DNA of 50,268 bases from Bigelowiella natans CCMP2755 (taxonomy: Eukaryota > Protista > Cercozoa), in NCBI GenBank assembly GCA_000320545.1, contig ADNK01001287.1, positions 1-50,268 on the forward strand, read 5' to 3'. Below the pieces are notes generated by a model that ran no database searches, was not told the origin of the DNA, and was given only the letters and a program-made list of their open reading frames with translations. Positions within the stretch are counted from its first letter, which is position 1. Each line of letters begins with the position of its first letter. Shown piece after piece: positions 48,617 to 50,268 of the stretch. The translations under genes and the position numbers were made by a program.

Positions 48617-48992
48617 GGAGTGCGAGAGGGGGAGAGATTGGTTTTAGTAGTGAGCTGTTTGTGTGTCCTGCCGGCAGCACGAGGCACTTAAGGAGAAGAA
48701 TGACAAGCTTGCTGCAGACTTGAAGGTGGCAAATAGAAAGGCTCGGCGTAAAAGTAAGGCAAAAAAGGTCGAGGAGCCGGCCGATGTCGCAATACTGAAG
48801 GTATGTTCGCTATCCTCCTTGCCTTCTTTTCCACCTACCGACGTTACGCAACACGTCGTGCTGGTGCAAGAAGTCGAAATTAACGTCAGAATTGTGCCTA
48901 TTCATCAGGGAATGGTTAAGGGCCTGAAGACCGATCTCGCACGGGAGAGAAAGCGTCGGAAGGACCTTGAGGATAAGCTGTCGAAAAGGTGA
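46156..48992 (+). CDS. Multi-exon coiled-coil protein of unknown function (start uncertain)
   Basis: Heptad-rich exons (ESLEAAQQRADMATKKLE; VEDLVAEKSELENKLAAASDEKKALQK; HEALKEKNDKLAADLK; LKTDLARERKRRKDLEDKL) and an E/G-rich spacer. Confidence 0.6.
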
Positions 48993-49635
48993 CGCGCCCT
49001 AGCGGTTGCGCCCTCGGCCGTGTGTACACAAGTAGTCGCATTTTGTCGGCACTTCATCATTGTGTGTGGCTGCTGTTACGCTTGTGCCCGCCTGCCTTGC
49101 ATTGCGTAGATCTCGTGCCACCAACAAAGGACCATCAGCCTGCATGTGATCATGATCACGTGCATGCCTCTGCGCCAGGCACATGCAGTGATGATGATCG
49201 AAGCGCACGCACAGACTGCCCCAACGTTGTTCGAATTCAACGGGAATTTTTTTGCATGTTGGTTAACTCGCCTGTGCGCCTGGACCATGCACGCACTTGT
49301 TTATATCGATCGACACGCAATTTATATAATAAATTCACAGCTAGCTAGAGCCACCGCGGCCGCTGCTAGTGCATCACAAGTGTGACTGACTACAGCAATG
49401 AGCGCCATATATATGTTGCCGTTGCCATTGATTTCATCACACAGTATGGCATAGCCTTTTAATTGAGCCTTCAAAATTGACCATGCTAGCTAGCTAGACT
49501 AGCACGTATCGTAGAGCCGGACACTTGACTTATTAGCGTGTGCTTTCGATGCAGTTTGTTCGCGAGATAGACCTTATCATGTCAATATCTTGTCAGGCTG
49601 AGATCATGGCAATATATAGCAGCTGCACCGCTAGC

Positions 49636-49904
49636 TTATGCACTGCTGACTTTCCCCTCGGCCCCACCACCATTGCTGCCGTGATTTGGCCTTACAGCCT
49701 TCAGCATGTACGCGTTCTGACGCACGGCAGCCAGGCCGGAAACGGCGATGAGGAAGTGGAACATGCCCGTTGCGAGCCGGGAAAGAGGCTCCGTGCTGCT
49801 CATAAAGCTCATCATCATCGATGATTGTCGGAGGGCCAGCAGCAGAATTGCCACTGCCGGGGCGAGGAGGCGCTCGACTTTGTGGTGCGACTGTGGATAT
49901 GTGT

Positions 49905-49938
<34 letters not shown>

Positions 49939-50268
49939 CAGTAGGAATAGCAGCAGCAGTAACAGTAGTAGTAGTAGTAGTGGTAACAGTAGTAATGGCA
50001 ATCGGCCAAAATGGTGAAGGAGCCACCACGCGTCATTATTCTCAACCCCCTCCCCACTGCCCCCCCCCCCCCCTTGTCTTTTGACATGGTCATCATAACC
50101 TTGGTGAACCTCTGGAATACTTGCGCAATAGAGGAGACGGTAGCAGTGAAGAAGAAGAGAAGCGCAGGACCAGATTGCCCGGAGGATAGCGCCAAAGTTC
50201 TTGTCGGAAAGAAGCAATGGGAAGAAAAACGCAAACACACACAAACACACACTATATCAAACATAATA
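49636..50268 (-). CDS. 3' exons of a probable membrane protein (partial; continues past the right edge)
   Basis: Hydrophobic exons NFGAILRAIWSCASLLLHC..HVKRQ and SHHKVERLLAPAVAILLLAL..GMFHFLIAVSGLAAV..SSA*, separated by a microsatellite-filled intron. Confidence 0.5.

Overview
Gene-dense, intron-rich nuclear DNA from a eukaryote with a secondary plastid. A PAM68 gene carries a signal peptide plus transit peptide. That leader, the short introns filled with microsatellites and the moderate GC suggest a chlorarachniophyte-like alga (inference). I could splice about 17 protein genes by hand. Recognisable ones are a class V PLP enzyme, a C26 gamma-glutamyl hydrolase, a TauD dioxygenase, PDS5, PAM68, a tocopherol-cyclase-like protein, an NPPY amino-methyltransferase, an RRM-UBL-UBL-CaaX protein and mitochondrial bL28. 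There is also a multi-TM + ABM + SRPBCC + SnoaL/NTF2-like fusion and several unknowns. The window also holds a tRNA-Gly, a tightly packed six-tRNA cluster with atypical members, and a degenerate LINE retrotransposon. Three patterns stand out. (1) Successive transcription units alternate strand across the whole window. (2) The eight larger convergent intergenic gaps have a distinctive GCATGC/GCTAGC/TGCA-rich composition. (3) The LINE is almost free of TpA while keeping CpG, with apparent Tyr->His/Cys changes, which points to a repeat-targeted TpA->TpG/CpA (A-to-G) mutational process. All gene models were spliced by eye and no database searches were run.
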